From Actinomycetota bacterium (lineage in GTDB: Bacteria > Actinomycetota > Actinomycetes > Nanopelagicales > Nanopelagicaceae), in the NCBI GenBank assembly GCA_041165905.1, contig JBEAMP010000052.1, forward strand, positions 1 to 50,341: a DNA stretch of 50,341 nt, read 5' to 3'. The notes under the pieces are model-generated. The model made no database searches, was not told the DNA's origin, and saw nothing but the letters and a program-made list of their open reading frames with translations. The translations under genes were made by a program, and so were the position numbers. Positions 20,015 to 30,394 of the stretch are shown piece by piece (within the stretch, counting starts at the first letter, position 1; each line of letters opens with the position of its first letter).

Positions 20015-22843
20015 ATGACGTTTGCTTCACGTCATATAGGACCAACGCAATCTGAGATTGATTACATGCTGCAAACTCTTGGTTATAAGAGTTTGGAAGA
20101 TTTCGTATCACATGTAGTCCCGCAATCAATCGCACAGAAAACAAAATTAGTTGATGCGTTACCTAAAGCGCTCTCTGAACATGAAGCAATTGCAGCGTTA
20201 CGCGAACGTGCTGACAAGAATAAAGTTTTCCGAAGCTTAATCGGTATGGGTTACTACGGAACTATTACACCTGCTGTCGTGCTTCGAAATGTTATGGAGA
20301 ACCCGGCTTGGTATACCGCATACACTCCTTATCAACCAGAGATTTCACAAGGACGCCTTGAAGCGCTCTTTGCATTCCAAACAGCGGTAACAGATTTAAC
20401 TGCGCTAGATATTGCAAATGCGTCAATGCTAGATGAATCAACTGCAGCGGCTGAAGCGATGACATTAGCTCACCGATCATTTAAGGGAAGCGATGATGCA
20501 GTGTTTTTAGTTGATAAGAATGTGCATCCACAAACACTTGCGGTAATCGAAACGCGTGCTAATCCACTTGGTTTGAATGTAAAAACGTTTGATGTTACTA
20601 AGTATTCAGAAATCACAGATGAAGTTTTCGGTGTATTAGTTCAATATCCAAACACTTATGGCGCAGTTATTGATCATCATGAATTGGCAAAATGGGTTCA
20701 CGACAAAGGTGGAGTAGTGGTTGCAGCTGCTGACCTGCTTGCTTTGACAATGATTAAAGCGCCAGGTGAATGGGGCGCAGATGTAGCAGTAGGTTCTACT
20801 CAGAGATTTGGTGTGCCGATGGGATTCGGTGGACCACATGCTGGATATTTGGCGGTTAGAAGTGGATTAGAACGTTCTATGCCTGGACGTTTAGTTGGGC
20901 AGTCAATTGATGCACATGGCGCACCAGCTTTCCGTTTGGCGCTTCAAACTCGCGAACAACATATTCGACGTGAAAAAGCGACCTCAAATATCTGTACTGC
21001 CCAAGTTTTGTTAGCAGTCATGGCCGCGTTCTACACCATGTGGCACGGACCTAAGGGACTAAAAGAGATTGCAGAGCGAATTCATTCAATTGCTGCACGT
21101 TGGGCGGCTTCAGCGCCTAATTCAAATAAATCTTTCTTCGATACAGTTACTTTTGATGGCAATGCAGCGCAAGTTAAAGCAGCTGCAGATCTTGGCATCA
21201 ATGTACGCGTGGTAGATGCAAATCGAGTAAGTGTCTCATTTGATGAACTTTCAAATGAAGAGTTGTTAAATGATTTAGCAAAGGCATTTGGAGTAACTCT
21301 TGCAAGCAAGGGGGAGAGCAGTATCCCTGCTACGTTGATTCGTTCAAGTGCTTATTTGACAAATCCGGTTTTCAATACTTATCACAATGAAACAGCGATG
21401 ATGCGTTATATGCGCACTCTCTCTGATAGAGATTTAGCGCTGGATCGAACCATGATTCCACTTGGCTCATGTACCATGAAATTAAACGCCGCAACCGAGA
21501 TGGAGTCAGTAACTTGGCCAGAATTTGGACAGTTACATCCATTTGCGCCGGCTGATCAAAATCAGGGTTCTCGACAATTAGTTAAGGAGCTCTCTGATTG
21601 GTTGGTGGCAATTACAGGCTATGACAATGTTTCTTTGCAACCAAATTCTGGAGCTCAAGGAGAATTTGCGGGTCTATTGGCAATTCGTAAATACCTTGAT
21701 GCAAATGGTGGGGCAGAGCGAAATATCTGTTTAATTCCATCGTCTGCTCATGGCACTAATGCCGCCTCTGCAGTTATGGCAGGTATGAAAGTAGTTGTAG
21801 TTGCATGTGATGAAACTGGAAATGTTTCTGTAGACGATATTAAAGCAAAAATCGAAGCAAATGCCGGAAAATTAGCCGCTTTAATGGTCACTTATCCATC
21901 AACTCATGGTGTTTTCGAATCTGCTATTTCAGAAATTTGCGAATTAGTTCATAACGCCGGAGGACAGGTTTATGTCGATGGCGCTAATTTAAATGCGCTA
22001 GTTGGCACTGCGCAGCCTGGAAAATTCGGCGGAGATGTTTCGCATTTAAATTTACATAAAACATTTTCAATTCCGCACGGTGGTGGCGGACCTGGCGTTG
22101 GTCCAGTTATTGCAAGAGCACACCTTGCTCCATATTTACCAAACCATCCACTTGATCCAACTTGTGGGCCAGCAACTGGTCCTGGACCAATTTCGGCTGC
22201 ACCTTTTGGTTCTGCAAGTATTTTGCCAATTTCATGGTCGTACATTGCAATGATGGGTGGCGATGGTTTAACCAGAGCAACCCAAACTGCGATTCTCTCG
22301 GCAAATTACATCGCTCATGTACTAAAGAAAGATTTCCCAATTCTGTATACAGGTGCAAATGATTTGGTTGCTCATGAATGCATATTGGATATCCGAGAAA
22401 TCACTAAGGAAACTGGCGTGACTGTAGACGATATCGCTAAGCGACTTATGGATTTTGGTTTCCATGCCCCAACAATGTCGTTTCCGGTACCAGGTACATT
22501 GATGGTAGAACCAACAGAATCTGAAGATTTAACTGAGATCAATCGATTTATCGCCGCGATGCAACAGATTGCAGCTGAAATTGATGCCATCCGCAAAGGC
22601 AAGGTAAATGTGGAGGAGAGCGCACTGCGCCATGCTCCACACACCGCTCTTAGCCTGCTAGCAAGCGACTGGAACCGTCCTTATAGCCGTGAAGAGGCCG
22701 CTTTTGCAGCATCTACAACTGGTAATGGCAATCTCTTAATGGGTCGCAAAGGAAAGTATTTCCCAACGGTTGGTCGAATCGATGGGGCGCACGGGGATAG
22801 AAACCTGATCTGCAGTTGCCCGCCAGTTAGCGATTTCGAGTAG
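20015..22843 (+). CDS. gcvP: Glycine dehydrogenase (decarboxylating), single-chain P protein
   Basis: 942 aa. F..RHIGP N-terminus, [14 protein letters not shown], and the PLP-lysine region ([18 protein letters not shown]). Confidence 0.96.
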   Translation: MTFASRHIGPTQSEIDYMLQTLGYKSLEDFVSHVVPQSIAQKTKLVDALPKALSEHEAIAALRERADKNKVFRSLIGMGYYGTITPAVVLRNVMENPAWYTAYTPYQPEISQGRLEALFAFQTAVTDLTALDIANASMLDESTAAAEAMTLAHRSFKGSDDAVFLVDKNVHPQTLAVIETRANPLGLNVKTFDVTKYSEITDEVFGVLVQYPNTYGAVIDHHELAKWVHDKGGVVVAAADLLALTMIKAPGEWGADVAVGSTQRFGVPMGFGGPHAGYLAVRSGLERSMPGRLVGQSIDAHGAPAFRLALQTREQHIRREKATSNICTAQVLLAVMAAFYTMWHGPKGLKEIAERIHSIAARWAASAPNSNKSFFDTVTFDGNAAQVKAAADLGINVRVVDANRVSVSFDELSNEELLNDLAKAFGVTLASKGESSIPATLIRSSAYLTNPVFNTYHNETAMMRYMRTLSDRDLALDRTMIPLGSCTMKLNAATEMESVTWPEFGQLHPFAPADQNQGSRQLVKELSDWLVAITGYDNVSLQPNSGAQGEFAGLLAIRKYLDANGGAERNICLIPSSAHGTNAASAVMAGMKVVVVACDETGNVSVDDIKAKIEANAGKLAALMVTYPSTHGVFESAISEICELVHNAGGQVYVDGANLNALVGTAQPGKFGGDVSHLNLHKTFSIPHGGGGPGVGPVIARAHLAPYLPNHPLDPTCGPATGPGPISAAPFGSASILPISWSYIAMMGGDGLTRATQTAILSANYIAHVLKKDFPILYTGANDLVAHECILDIREITKETGVTVDDIAKRLMDFGFHAPTMSFPVPGTLMVEPTESEDLTEINRFIAAMQQIAAEIDAIRKGKVNVEESALRHAPHTALSLLASDWNRPYSREEAAFAASTTGNGNLLMGRKGKYFPTVGRIDGAHGDRNLICSCPPVSDFE

Positions 22844-22845
22844 TT

Positions 22846-23586
22846 TTACTTAACATAATGTAACTTATCGGCGGTTGGGTTAATTCGGCGCCTAAGCCCA
22901 AGCCAAGTTACCTTAAAGATCGCCTCAAGCACGATTCGCCTGCTCATTTTCGAGCTTCCCTGGGCCCGCTCTATAAAAGTTATTGGCACTTCAATCACTT
23001 TGTATGCCGGCAAGTGATTTAGCGCAAATGCCATTTCAATTTGGTAGCAATAGCCATTTGAAGTTATCTGATCAAAATCTAATTCTTCTAGTGCAACTCT
23101 TGGATAGATACGAAATCCACCTGTTAAATCATTTATATCCATTTTGAGGGCCCATTTGGCATATCTAGTACCTGCTTTAGAAAGCCATTTACGACTTTTT
23201 GGCCAATTAACGATTTGGCCACCTGGGATCCATCTGGAACCAAGAATTATCGCTTTTGGATTCAGATTTGCTATTTCCAGCATTTTTTCCAAATCTTCGG
23301 CCCTATGTGATCCATCTGCATCCATCGAAATTAAATGTGTAAATTCTGAATTCTCTAAAATCTTTTTGATTCCAGCTTTATATGCATTTCCTAGACCATC
23401 TTTTTCGGCGCGTTTCAAAATGTCGACATTTTTATAGTTGAAAGATTTAACTAAATCCGCAGTTTTATCTGGTGAATTGTCGTCTATAACTAATATCTTT
23501 AAATTTTCAACCGTTGTTAGATTTTTTAATATGCTTCCTATGTTTTTTGTTTCATTGTAAGTTGGCATTAGAACTATAGGCTTCAT
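22846..23586 (-). CDS. ppm1: Family 2 glycosyltransferase, polyprenol-phosphate mannose synthase-like (Ppm1 catalytic domain)
   Basis: PTYNE..NI, VIDDNSPD.T and DADGSH motifs. Position corresponds to Rv2051c. Confidence 0.82.
   Translation of the reverse strand: MKPIVLMPTYNETKNIGSILKNLTTVENLKILVIDDNSPDKTADLVKSFNYKNVDILKRAEKDGLGNAYKAGIKKILENSEFTHLISMDADGSHRAEDLEKMLEIANLNPKAIILGSRWIPGGQIVNWPKSRKWLSKAGTRYAKWALKMDINDLTGGFRIYPRVALEELDFDQITSNGYCYQIEMAFALNHLPAYKVIEVPITFIERAQGSSKMSRRIVLEAIFKVTWLGLRRRINPTADKLHYVK
22848..22875 (-). other. dif: dif-like XerC/XerD recombination site (11-6-11)
   Basis: The minus strand reads ACCGCCGATAA-GTTACA-TTATGTTAAGT. E. coli dif is GGTGCGCATAA-TGTATA-TTATGTTAAAT. 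The XerD arm matches 10/11 and the inner ATAA/TTAT palindrome is kept. It lies at the plus-to-minus gene-orientation switch. Confidence 0.65.
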
Positions 23587-23602
23587 GATGATTCTCTTTG
23601 AT

Positions 23603-24505
23603 CTACCAATTTAAAGCCGATATTAATCGGTCAATTGATGCGCCCAAACCATATTGTTCTTGTAAATTTTTAATCTCATCCATTGATTTAGGTTTCTTTG
23701 GTAACTGCAATTCAATTTTTGGTAGTGGTACATCTATAGCACATGCAACTAACTTAGGCGCAAAAGATAAATAATCTTGTCCTTCAAGAATTTTTTTGCG
23801 TAAGCCGGCACTTAAATGTTCGTGTTCTGCTAAAGCACCTGCGATAGCCTCATCGGCTGTTGCATAATGCCTTGCGATAAGAGCAGCCCCTTTCTCTCCG
23901 ATTCCTTTGACGCCTGGCAGACCATCTGATGCATCACCGCGGAAAGTTGCAAATAAACCGTATCTGTCACCTGGAATGTCGTATTTCTTTGAAATCCACT
24001 CTTGGTTAACTAAATCGTGGTTGCTAATCCCCTTGGCCAAATAAATCACTTGAACATCAGGTTCGGGTTTGACTAATTGGAATAAATCTCTGTCGCCAGT
24101 AACTATACGAATCGGTCCAGATTCTGTAGCAGCATATGTTGCCATTACATCATCAGCTTCATAATCATCGGCGCCAACGACCGGAAAACCAAAGGCATCT
24201 AAGATGTCCAGCAAAATTGGTATTTGTGGAGTTAATAAATCTGGTTCTTCTTCGCCTTCTCCATCTTCTTCCAGGCGATTTGCTTTGTAATCTGGATAGA
24301 GTTCGACGCGCCAAGATGGTCTCCAATCGCCATCTAGGCACGCAACTAATCTGTTTGGTCTGTACATTGAAATTAATCTTGCCGTCATATCTAAATAGCC
24401 ACGAATAGCATTTACTGGAGTGCCATCTGGCGCCACTAAAGTGTCTGGCATTCCATAGTAAGCGCGATACCAAAGTGAACCGCTATCTAGAAGCATCAAA
24501 CTCAT
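23603..24505 (-). CDS. 5'-3' exonuclease / flap endonuclease (Rv2090-like)
   Basis: PIN-like N-terminus (LLDSGSLWYRAYY), acidic clusters (ADDYEADDV, TGDRDL) and an H3TH region (GLPGVKGIGEKGA). Confidence 0.88.
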   Translation of the reverse strand: MSLMLLDSGSLWYRAYYGMPDTLVAPDGTPVNAIRGYLDMTARLISMYRPNRLVACLDGDWRPSWRVELYPDYKANRLEEDGEGEEEPDLLTPQIPILLDILDAFGFPVVGADDYEADDVMATYAATESGPIRIVTGDRDLFQLVKPEPDVQVIYLAKGISNHDLVNQEWISKKYDIPGDRYGLFATFRGDASDGLPGVKGIGEKGAALIARHYATADEAIAGALAEHEHLSAGLRKKILEGQDYLSFAPKLVACAIDVPLPKIELQLPKKPKSMDEIKNLQEQYGLGASIDRLISALNW

Positions 24506-26862
24506 GCCACACCTCCTAAGTACACAACCACTCCCCGATCTAGCTTTTTAATAGCAGAGAGACATTTTTCTCTAAGTTCAGGTTTGGCACCTGCAACTTG
24601 ATTAAGTAAATCTATCAACTGTTTGGTTGCGCGGACAAAATCACCAACAGATAAATCTGAATTACGTAAAACGGAATTCAGACCATGACCGCCACCCCAG
24701 CGAAAAGCCATCCAACAAAAGCCAAAATCGGGTTCGCGTTGAGTCTTGACATCAAATTCACTCTCTAAGTTATGCAATTTTGACCAGATAGCAACTATCT
24801 CTTTGAGAGCATCTTGAACCTGATTATTAGGTATTTTGGGTGCTTCTGGTTTTCTGGATTCAAAGAGGAAAACAGATAATACGGAAGCTATTTCGATATC
24901 AGATAATCTACTTAATACACCGCTATTGATTGTCTCAGCAATTGAAAGATCTGATTCTGCATAGATTTTGGATAACATTTTGCCATTTGCAGTTACTTTA
25001 TCTCCATCAAGATATTTAAGATGATTTAGCACCTGAGTAATACGATCAAATGTTTTTGCAATTACATTGGTACGATTTTCAACTCTAGCAATCAATCCTT
25101 CATTTTCACGGATTAATCGATCCGCGCGTTCTGCTATCCGAGCATGCGCTTCTCTATCATTGCAAGAGTGACATGGATGTTGTCTAAGTGCTTTGCGATA
25201 ACCCGATAGTTCATTCTCTAAATGAGCTCTTTGTTTGTTATCTATTCGACTTCTCTTTGAAATAAGAACTTCTGCTTGTTTAATTTCACGACGGAGTTTT
25301 GCATAAGTGGAGAAATCTCCCAGGTGGCAGAGATTTTCAGTTGCGTAATCGTTAATGGCTTCAGTGTTCCGTCGAATTTGCTTGTCTAGTCCAACTACTG
25401 CCCTATCTGCTTGGAATTGGGCGAATGAAGATTTAAGTGAGTTTCGGGCTCTGTCTCTACCGTATCGCTCTAAGAGATTGATGGACATGTTATAAGTTGG
25501 CGAAAAAGAGCTTCGAAGCGGATAGGTGCGAGTTGCTGCAAGGCCGGCAGCAGTTGCAGAATCAACGGTTGGTGACCACATGACTACGGCATTACCTTCA
25601 ATATCAATTCCGCGTCGACCTGCTCTTCCAGTTAATTGCGTGTATTCACCCGGTGTAATTGGGACATGCCCTTCACCGTTCCACTTAGTTAATTTTTCAA
25701 GAAGTACGGTGCGAGCCGGCATATTGATTCCTAGGGCAAGAGTTTCGGTCGCGAAAATAGCTTTAAGTAAGCCTCTTTGAAATAGCTCTTCTACACAAGA
25801 TTTGAAAACCGGTAATAGGCCTGCGTGATGCGCAGCGATTCCACGTTCAAGTGCAGCTAGCCATTCATGATGCCCCAAAAGTTCTAGATCTTCCGAGCTA
25901 ATATTTGTCGTGTATTTAACTGCAGTCGCTTTAATCTCTTCTCGCTCTTCAGTGTTAGTAAGTCGCAAATTAGCAGCCAAACATTGTTTTACTGCGGAGT
26001 CACAACCTTGTCGTGAGAAAATAAAAGTGATAACTGGAAGCATCTGATTTGAATTTAATTTTTCAATGACCTGTGGTCTATCAAGTCTAGATTCGTCATC
26101 TTGACGGCCCCGATGTCTGGGTGTTCGTATTCTTCTCAACGCTTCTCTTTCGGTTCGAAAGAGCGATTGATTGACAGTCCCATCTTCATTAAAGAGATCT
26201 AAAAGTCGGTTACCGATCAATACATGTTGATATAGAGGTACTGGACGATTTTCAGAGACTATAACTTCAGTATCACCACGTACTACTTGTAGCCATTCGC
26301 CAAATTCCTCTGCATTCGAAACTGTTGCTGAGAGTGAAATGACTTGCACACTCTCCATAAGGTGTATAAGAACTTCTTCCCAAACTGCACCGCGAAACTT
26401 ATCCGCAAGGTAATGGACTTCATCCATAACTACGTACCCAAGATTGGTCAATGAATTTGAATTTGTGTAAAGCATATTTCTAAGCACTTCAGTTGTCATG
26501 ACCATAATCTCAGCATCGCTATTGATGCTGTTATCACCAGTTAATAAACCTACTTTTTCCTCACCAAAACGTTCGACAAACTCTTGATATTTCTGATTAG
26601 AGAGCGCCTTTATGGGTGTCGTATAAAAACATTTTTTACTCTGTTCTAAGGCAATGTATGCCGCAAATTCGCCGACGATGGTTTTTCCAGCGCCTGTTGG
26701 TGCAGCGACTAAAACACCTTTACCATTTTCGATTGCGTAACAGCCTTGGACCTGAAAATTGTCTAATTCAAAATCGAATGTTTCAAAGAAATTATTAGCA
26801 ATTGGATGAGTGCTCTTAGCTTTTGATGCCGCATACCTCTGGGCAGGACTTAATTCCGCCAT
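24502..26862 (-). CDS. helY: Ski2-like DEAD/DEAH-box helicase HelY
   Basis: Walker A (AAPTGAGKT), DEVH box (VVMDEVHYL), SAT, helicase C motifs (TETLALGINMPAR, QLTGRAGRRG) and a DSHCT-like C-terminus. Confidence 0.92.
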   Translation of the reverse strand: MAELSPAQRYAASKAKSTHPIANNFFETFDFELDNFQVQGCYAIENGKGVLVAAPTGAGKTIVGEFAAYIALEQSKKCFYTTPIKALSNQKYQEFVERFGEEKVGLLTGDNSINSDAEIMVMTTEVLRNMLYTNSNSLTNLGYVVMDEVHYLADKFRGAVWEEVLIHLMESVQVISLSATVSNAEEFGEWLQVVRGDTEVIVSENRPVPLYQHVLIGNRLLDLFNEDGTVNQSLFRTEREALRRIRTPRHRGRQDDESRLDRPQVIEKLNSNQMLPVITFIFSRQGCDSAVKQCLAANLRLTNTEEREEIKATAVKYTTNISSEDLELLGHHEWLAALERGIAAHHAGLLPVFKSCVEELFQRGLLKAIFATETLALGINMPARTVLLEKLTKWNGEGHVPITPGEYTQLTGRAGRRGIDIEGNAVVMWSPTVDSATAAGLAATRTYPLRSSFSPTYNMSINLLERYGRDRARNSLKSSFAQFQADRAVVGLDKQIRRNTEAINDYATENLCHLGDFSTYAKLRREIKQAEVLISKRSRIDNKQRAHLENELSGYRKALRQHPCHSCNDREAHARIAERADRLIRENEGLIARVENRTNVIAKTFDRITQVLNHLKYLDGDKVTANGKMLSKIYAESDLSIAETINSGVLSRLSDIEIASVLSVFLFESRKPEAPKIPNNQVQDALKEIVAIWSKLHNLESEFDVKTQREPDFGFCWMAFRWGGGHGLNSVLRNSDLSVGDFVRATKQLIDLLNQVAGAKPELREKCLSAIKKLDRGVVVYLGGVA

Positions 26863-27710
26863 GTAAGAAGAGCACTTTCAGATGACAAAATATGTGCAGG
26901 TAATGGTCCAATACGTTCTCCGTCGGCATAACAGATCGCATCTGCTTCAATTGTTATTGATTTTGCTCTGATAATTTCCACTTTAGGATGTTCCACGTGC
27001 TTACCTTCGTATACAGAAGGGAAAATTTGCACGAATTCTCTCTTGGAAACAGGGTTTAGAATCATTAAATCAAGTAGCCCATCATGAAGATCTGCATCAG
27101 GACATACCAACATTCCTCCTCCGTAAGACTGACCATTACCGACGGCAATTAACATTGCTTCTCGTACATAACTTTTGCCATCAATATTAAATCGGTAATT
27201 CTTTGGTTTAAATTTAGGAAGTTCTAGCGCCATTGCGACGTTATATTTAGCTGGACCTTTTGGCCATCTCATAGCGTTAGCTCGTTCATTTACCAACGAA
27301 TCAAAACCAGTAGATGCAATTGCACCAAAATATTCACCATCAATATTGCCCAAATCAATCGAAAGTGGTTCCTGATTCAAAGCGGCCCACAATGGTTCTA
27401 AAGGCTTATCTGGATTCCAACCAAGTGTACGAACAAAATCATTTCCAGTACCTGCTGGAATGGTTGCTAATGGAAGATTACTAATGGTGGCAATTTGAAT
27501 CGCCATATGTAATAACCCATCACCGCCAACTGCGATTAGTCCTGTAGCTGATGAAGCGGCTTTTCGTAAGTTCTCTTGTAACGAAATCGCATTTGCGCCA
27601 GTAATAACTTTGTATTCAATCTTCCTCTCAGTAAGGAAATTTGAAACTTGTTGCCCTACCTTAGCTCCGTTGCCGCGACCACTGGTTGGGTTAATCGCTA
27701 ATAGCCACAT
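26850..27710 (-). CDS. Diacylglycerol/lipid kinase family protein (YegS/BmrU-like)
   Basis: INPTSGRG N-terminus and the GGDGL motif (AVGGDGLLHMA). I chose the ATG at 27710, which overlaps the tatC 3' end by 20 nt. Confidence 0.82.
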   Translation of the reverse strand: MWLLAINPTSGRGNGAKVGQQVSNFLTERKIEYKVITGANAISLQENLRKAASSATGLIAVGGDGLLHMAIQIATISNLPLATIPAGTGNDFVRTLGWNPDKPLEPLWAALNQEPLSIDLGNIDGEYFGAIASTGFDSLVNERANAMRWPKGPAKYNVAMALELPKFKPKNYRFNIDGKSYVREAMLIAVGNGQSYGGGMLVCPDADLHDGLLDLMILNPVSKREFVQIFPSVYEGKHVEHPKVEIIRAKSITIEADAICYADGERIGPLPAHILSSESALLTWRN

Positions 27711-28458
27711 TACGGCGCCGATCATTAAGCAAAGCGATACCACCTGCTGCAAAGTAGAAAATATAGAGCGGCACTGCAAGTAGCAACATGGTCAATGGAT
27801 CAGCTGAAGGTGTAAATGCTGCAATAAAGAAAGTTATTCCAAAGACCCACATTCGCCATGGTTTGAGGATTGCTTTACCAGATACTGCACCCAAGAGGTT
27901 TAGGGTTACTAGAAAAACCGGAAGTTCAAAAGCCAGACCAAAGAGCAGAATCACACGAAGTACAAAATCTAAATAATCTCCGAAATTTATCAAGTTTTGC
28001 AGTTCGCTTGGTGTGAACCCAAAGAGAACACGGATTGCTACCGGAAGAATCAAATATCCAAGCGTGACACCACCTGCAAAGAAAGGAGTCGCAGCCGTTA
28101 GAAATAAGAATGCACGTTTCTTTTCATGTTTGTGCAATCCCGGTGAAACGAATGCCCATAGCTGGTATATCCATAGAGGTGCCGTGACAATTAAACCTGC
28201 GATTAAAGAAACTTTAATCTGCAAATTTATCGGTCCAAGAACACCGTTTATGTACAGCGCTCCACATTGTTCTGAATTAGTTCTTTGTGCCAATTCAAGA
28301 TTACATACCGGTTCAGCCAACTTTTGAACTATTGGGTTATAGATAAACCAGTTAGCGATGAAACCCAGACCGATAATTACGGAAGATTTAAAAACTCGTT
28401 CTCTAAATTCGGCTAGATGCTGAAGTAGCGGCATAGTGCCACTTGATGTGCTAGCCAC
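27691..28458 (-). CDS. tatC: Sec-independent protein translocase TatC
   Basis: HL.EFR.R N-terminus and six predicted TM helices. Adjacent to tatA. GTG start. Confidence 0.9.
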   Translation of the reverse strand: MASTSSGTMPLLQHLAEFRERVFKSSVIIGLGFIANWFIYNPIVQKLAEPVCNLELAQRTNSEQCGALYINGVLGPINLQIKVSLIAGLIVTAPLWIYQLWAFVSPGLHKHEKKRAFLFLTAATPFFAGGVTLGYLILPVAIRVLFGFTPSELQNLINFGDYLDFVLRVILLFGLAFELPVFLVTLNLLGAVSGKAILKPWRMWVFGITFFIAAFTPSADPLTMLLLAVPLYIFYFAAGGIALLNDRRRNVAISD

Positions 28459-28461
28459 GAT

Positions 28462-28638
28462 TTAGTTGTCTGGTGTGTTGTCCTTCTTATTATCCTCTTT
28501 GCCCTCTTTCATTTCGGACTTGAAGATACGAAGAGACTTGGCAACTGATTTAGCGGAATCAGGCAAACGCTTAGCTCCGAATAAAATTACCAGAACTAAT
28601 ACCAATAAAAGAATATGTGTAGGTTCGCGTAAAAACAT
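28462..28638 (-). CDS. tatA: Sec-independent translocase TatA/E (58 aa, below the ORF-track cutoff)
   Basis: Hand translation: MFLREPTHILLLVLVLVILFGAKRLPDSAKSVAKSLRIFKSEMKEGKEDNKKDNTPDN. It has the canonical TM helix, FG hinge and amphipathic helix. Confidence 0.88.
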   Translation of the reverse strand: MFLREPTHILLLVLVLVILFGAKRLPDSAKSVAKSLRIFKSEMKEGKEDNKKDNTPDN

Positions 28639-28647
28639 GGCTATAGA

Positions 28648-29478
28648 TTACTCGAGATATAGAGATTGGCTAGCCTTTATGCGAGTCAAAATTTGAGCGC
28701 GTAGATGTGGATCCTGAAGCTCTACTGCCCCGGCCAATGCCATTGTTTCAGAGATTAGCCACTCACCAGAGTAATAGTCGACTTGCTCACTATTGCCAAG
28801 TATCTCCCTGACCAACCGCTTCTCCCGATGGGTAGAAATTTTTGTGGATTTGGGAGTTTCATTTGATGGAACCAGATTCGGTGCCAATTCATTATTTTCG
28901 GTGATTGCTAAACTTTCGATTCTTGATATTTTAAATGTACGACGATCCTGAGCATTTTTGCAAAATGCTCTTAGATAGCTACTTCGCTCTTCTGTGTAAG
29001 TTTCAAATGGAATTACCTCCCGAGATTTACCGTTATAGACGATAGAGAGCACTCTATTTTGTTGAATTGCCTGAGAAATTTCCGATAAGTAAAGATCCGA
29101 CCTCGCCGGCTGGTATGAGATCTCAGTGCCCAATTTAGAAGTCAGTTTATTTTTAAGCGATTCCGCGCCTGCAATTCCTTGAGAGATTAATATTTCAAGG
29201 CCGATAACTAAACTTGCCAATTCAATTTGGGTAAGTGATCGAGGAGATTTCAACTCATCCGCATTGCGAACTGAAACATAACCATCTTCAAATTGAAACT
29301 CCATAAGTTCTAGCGGTGTTTGTCCTGGCAGACCACACATATAAAGTAACCAGAGATCCTTCTCAAGTTGCTCAACTGAAATCTGGAATTTCTCGGCAAG
29401 TTGCGCAATTGGTATACCTTGATGTTTAACGATAAAAGGTACCAAATCGAATAATCGCTCAAGCCTTGAATTAGCCAT
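28648..29478 (-). CDS. pafC: WYL-domain transcriptional regulator PafC
   Basis: HTH N-terminus (RLERLFDLVPFIVKHQGIPIAQLAEKF). Second gene of the pafB-pafC pair, upstream of tatA as in mycobacteria. Confidence 0.8.
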   Translation of the reverse strand: MANSRLERLFDLVPFIVKHQGIPIAQLAEKFQISVEQLEKDLWLLYMCGLPGQTPLELMEFQFEDGYVSVRNADELKSPRSLTQIELASLVIGLEILISQGIAGAESLKNKLTSKLGTEISYQPARSDLYLSEISQAIQQNRVLSIVYNGKSREVIPFETYTEERSSYLRAFCKNAQDRRTFKISRIESLAITENNELAPNLVPSNETPKSTKISTHREKRLVREILGNSEQVDYYSGEWLISETMALAGAVELQDPHLRAQILTRIKASQSLYLE

Positions 29479-30394
29479 GAATTGCCGCCAAATTACTGAG
29501 AGCTTTAGTTACTTCTGAAACTAGATTGATTGGCTGCATCACAAAAACATTAGGCGAATTTCTGAGTATTTCAGCCACCGCAACATTGAGAGAATCAAAT
29601 TGAATTTGGCAGGTGATCCAATCAGCTTCAGCGTCAATAATCTTTGATTTTGCCATTAGTGATGGTGCAAAATCTCTACGTATTTTGATAACCGCATCTA
29701 AAGTTGGAAAGTAGGTGTCTGGAAAAGCAAAACTCTCGCGTTCGAAGGCCTTGTTAGTTCGCTTGATTTCTCCAGCAAATCTATCTATTCGATAACTTCG
29801 ATGTTCGTTCTTTGAGATGTCATTAGCGTATAAATACCAACGTGAGTTACGAGAATAGAGGCCCAAAGGGGCAATTTTCTTGGTTTCGACTTGGTCTTCC
29901 TGGTTGCGGTACTGAATTTCTATGACCTTAGTTGATTCTATAGCTTCCAAAATTGCAGGAACTATCTCAGGTAGATGGGAAACAGTGGGCGCAATAGGCA
30001 ATTCAGAAAAATCTGAGTTAATTCCTAGGGATTGCAATCTTAAGGAAGTCGAAAGTGCGACGTCTTTAAGCGCACTCTCCTTCCATGCTTGTGAAGCAAC
30101 CGCCAACAATGTAATTTCTTCAGCGCTTAGCGGGCCAAGATCGAATTTGTATCTTTCTGGCAGGATTCGATAACCGATTTCATCTTCGAATAGCGGATCG
30201 ATGCTCCGCATCTCAATTTGAATTCCGAGTGAACGTAGCTCTTCTTTATCGCGTTCAAACATACGATCCGATGCCTCGGCGCTACCGTCGTACCCCGCCA
30301 CCGCCTTGAATATTTGTGTTTTAGTTAGAAATTTCTTTGTAGCTAACAAGCAAATGGTTAAATTAACTAAACGCTCATTCTTCTCCGATGCCAT
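29471..30394 (-). CDS. pafB: WYL-domain transcriptional regulator PafB
   Basis: HTH N-terminus (ERLVNLTICLLATKKFLTKTQI) and a WYL region (RWYLYAND). I chose the ATG at 30394, which overlaps the trmI 3' end by 20 nt. Confidence 0.8.
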   Translation of the reverse strand: MASEKNERLVNLTICLLATKKFLTKTQIFKAVAGYDGSAEASDRMFERDKEELRSLGIQIEMRSIDPLFEDEIGYRILPERYKFDLGPLSAEEITLLAVASQAWKESALKDVALSTSLRLQSLGINSDFSELPIAPTVSHLPEIVPAILEAIESTKVIEIQYRNQEDQVETKKIAPLGLYSRNSRWYLYANDISKNEHRSYRIDRFAGEIKRTNKAFERESFAFPDTYFPTLDAVIKIRRDFAPSLMAKSKIIDAEADWITCQIQFDSLNVAVAEILRNSPNVFVMQPINLVSEVTKALSNLAAIHG

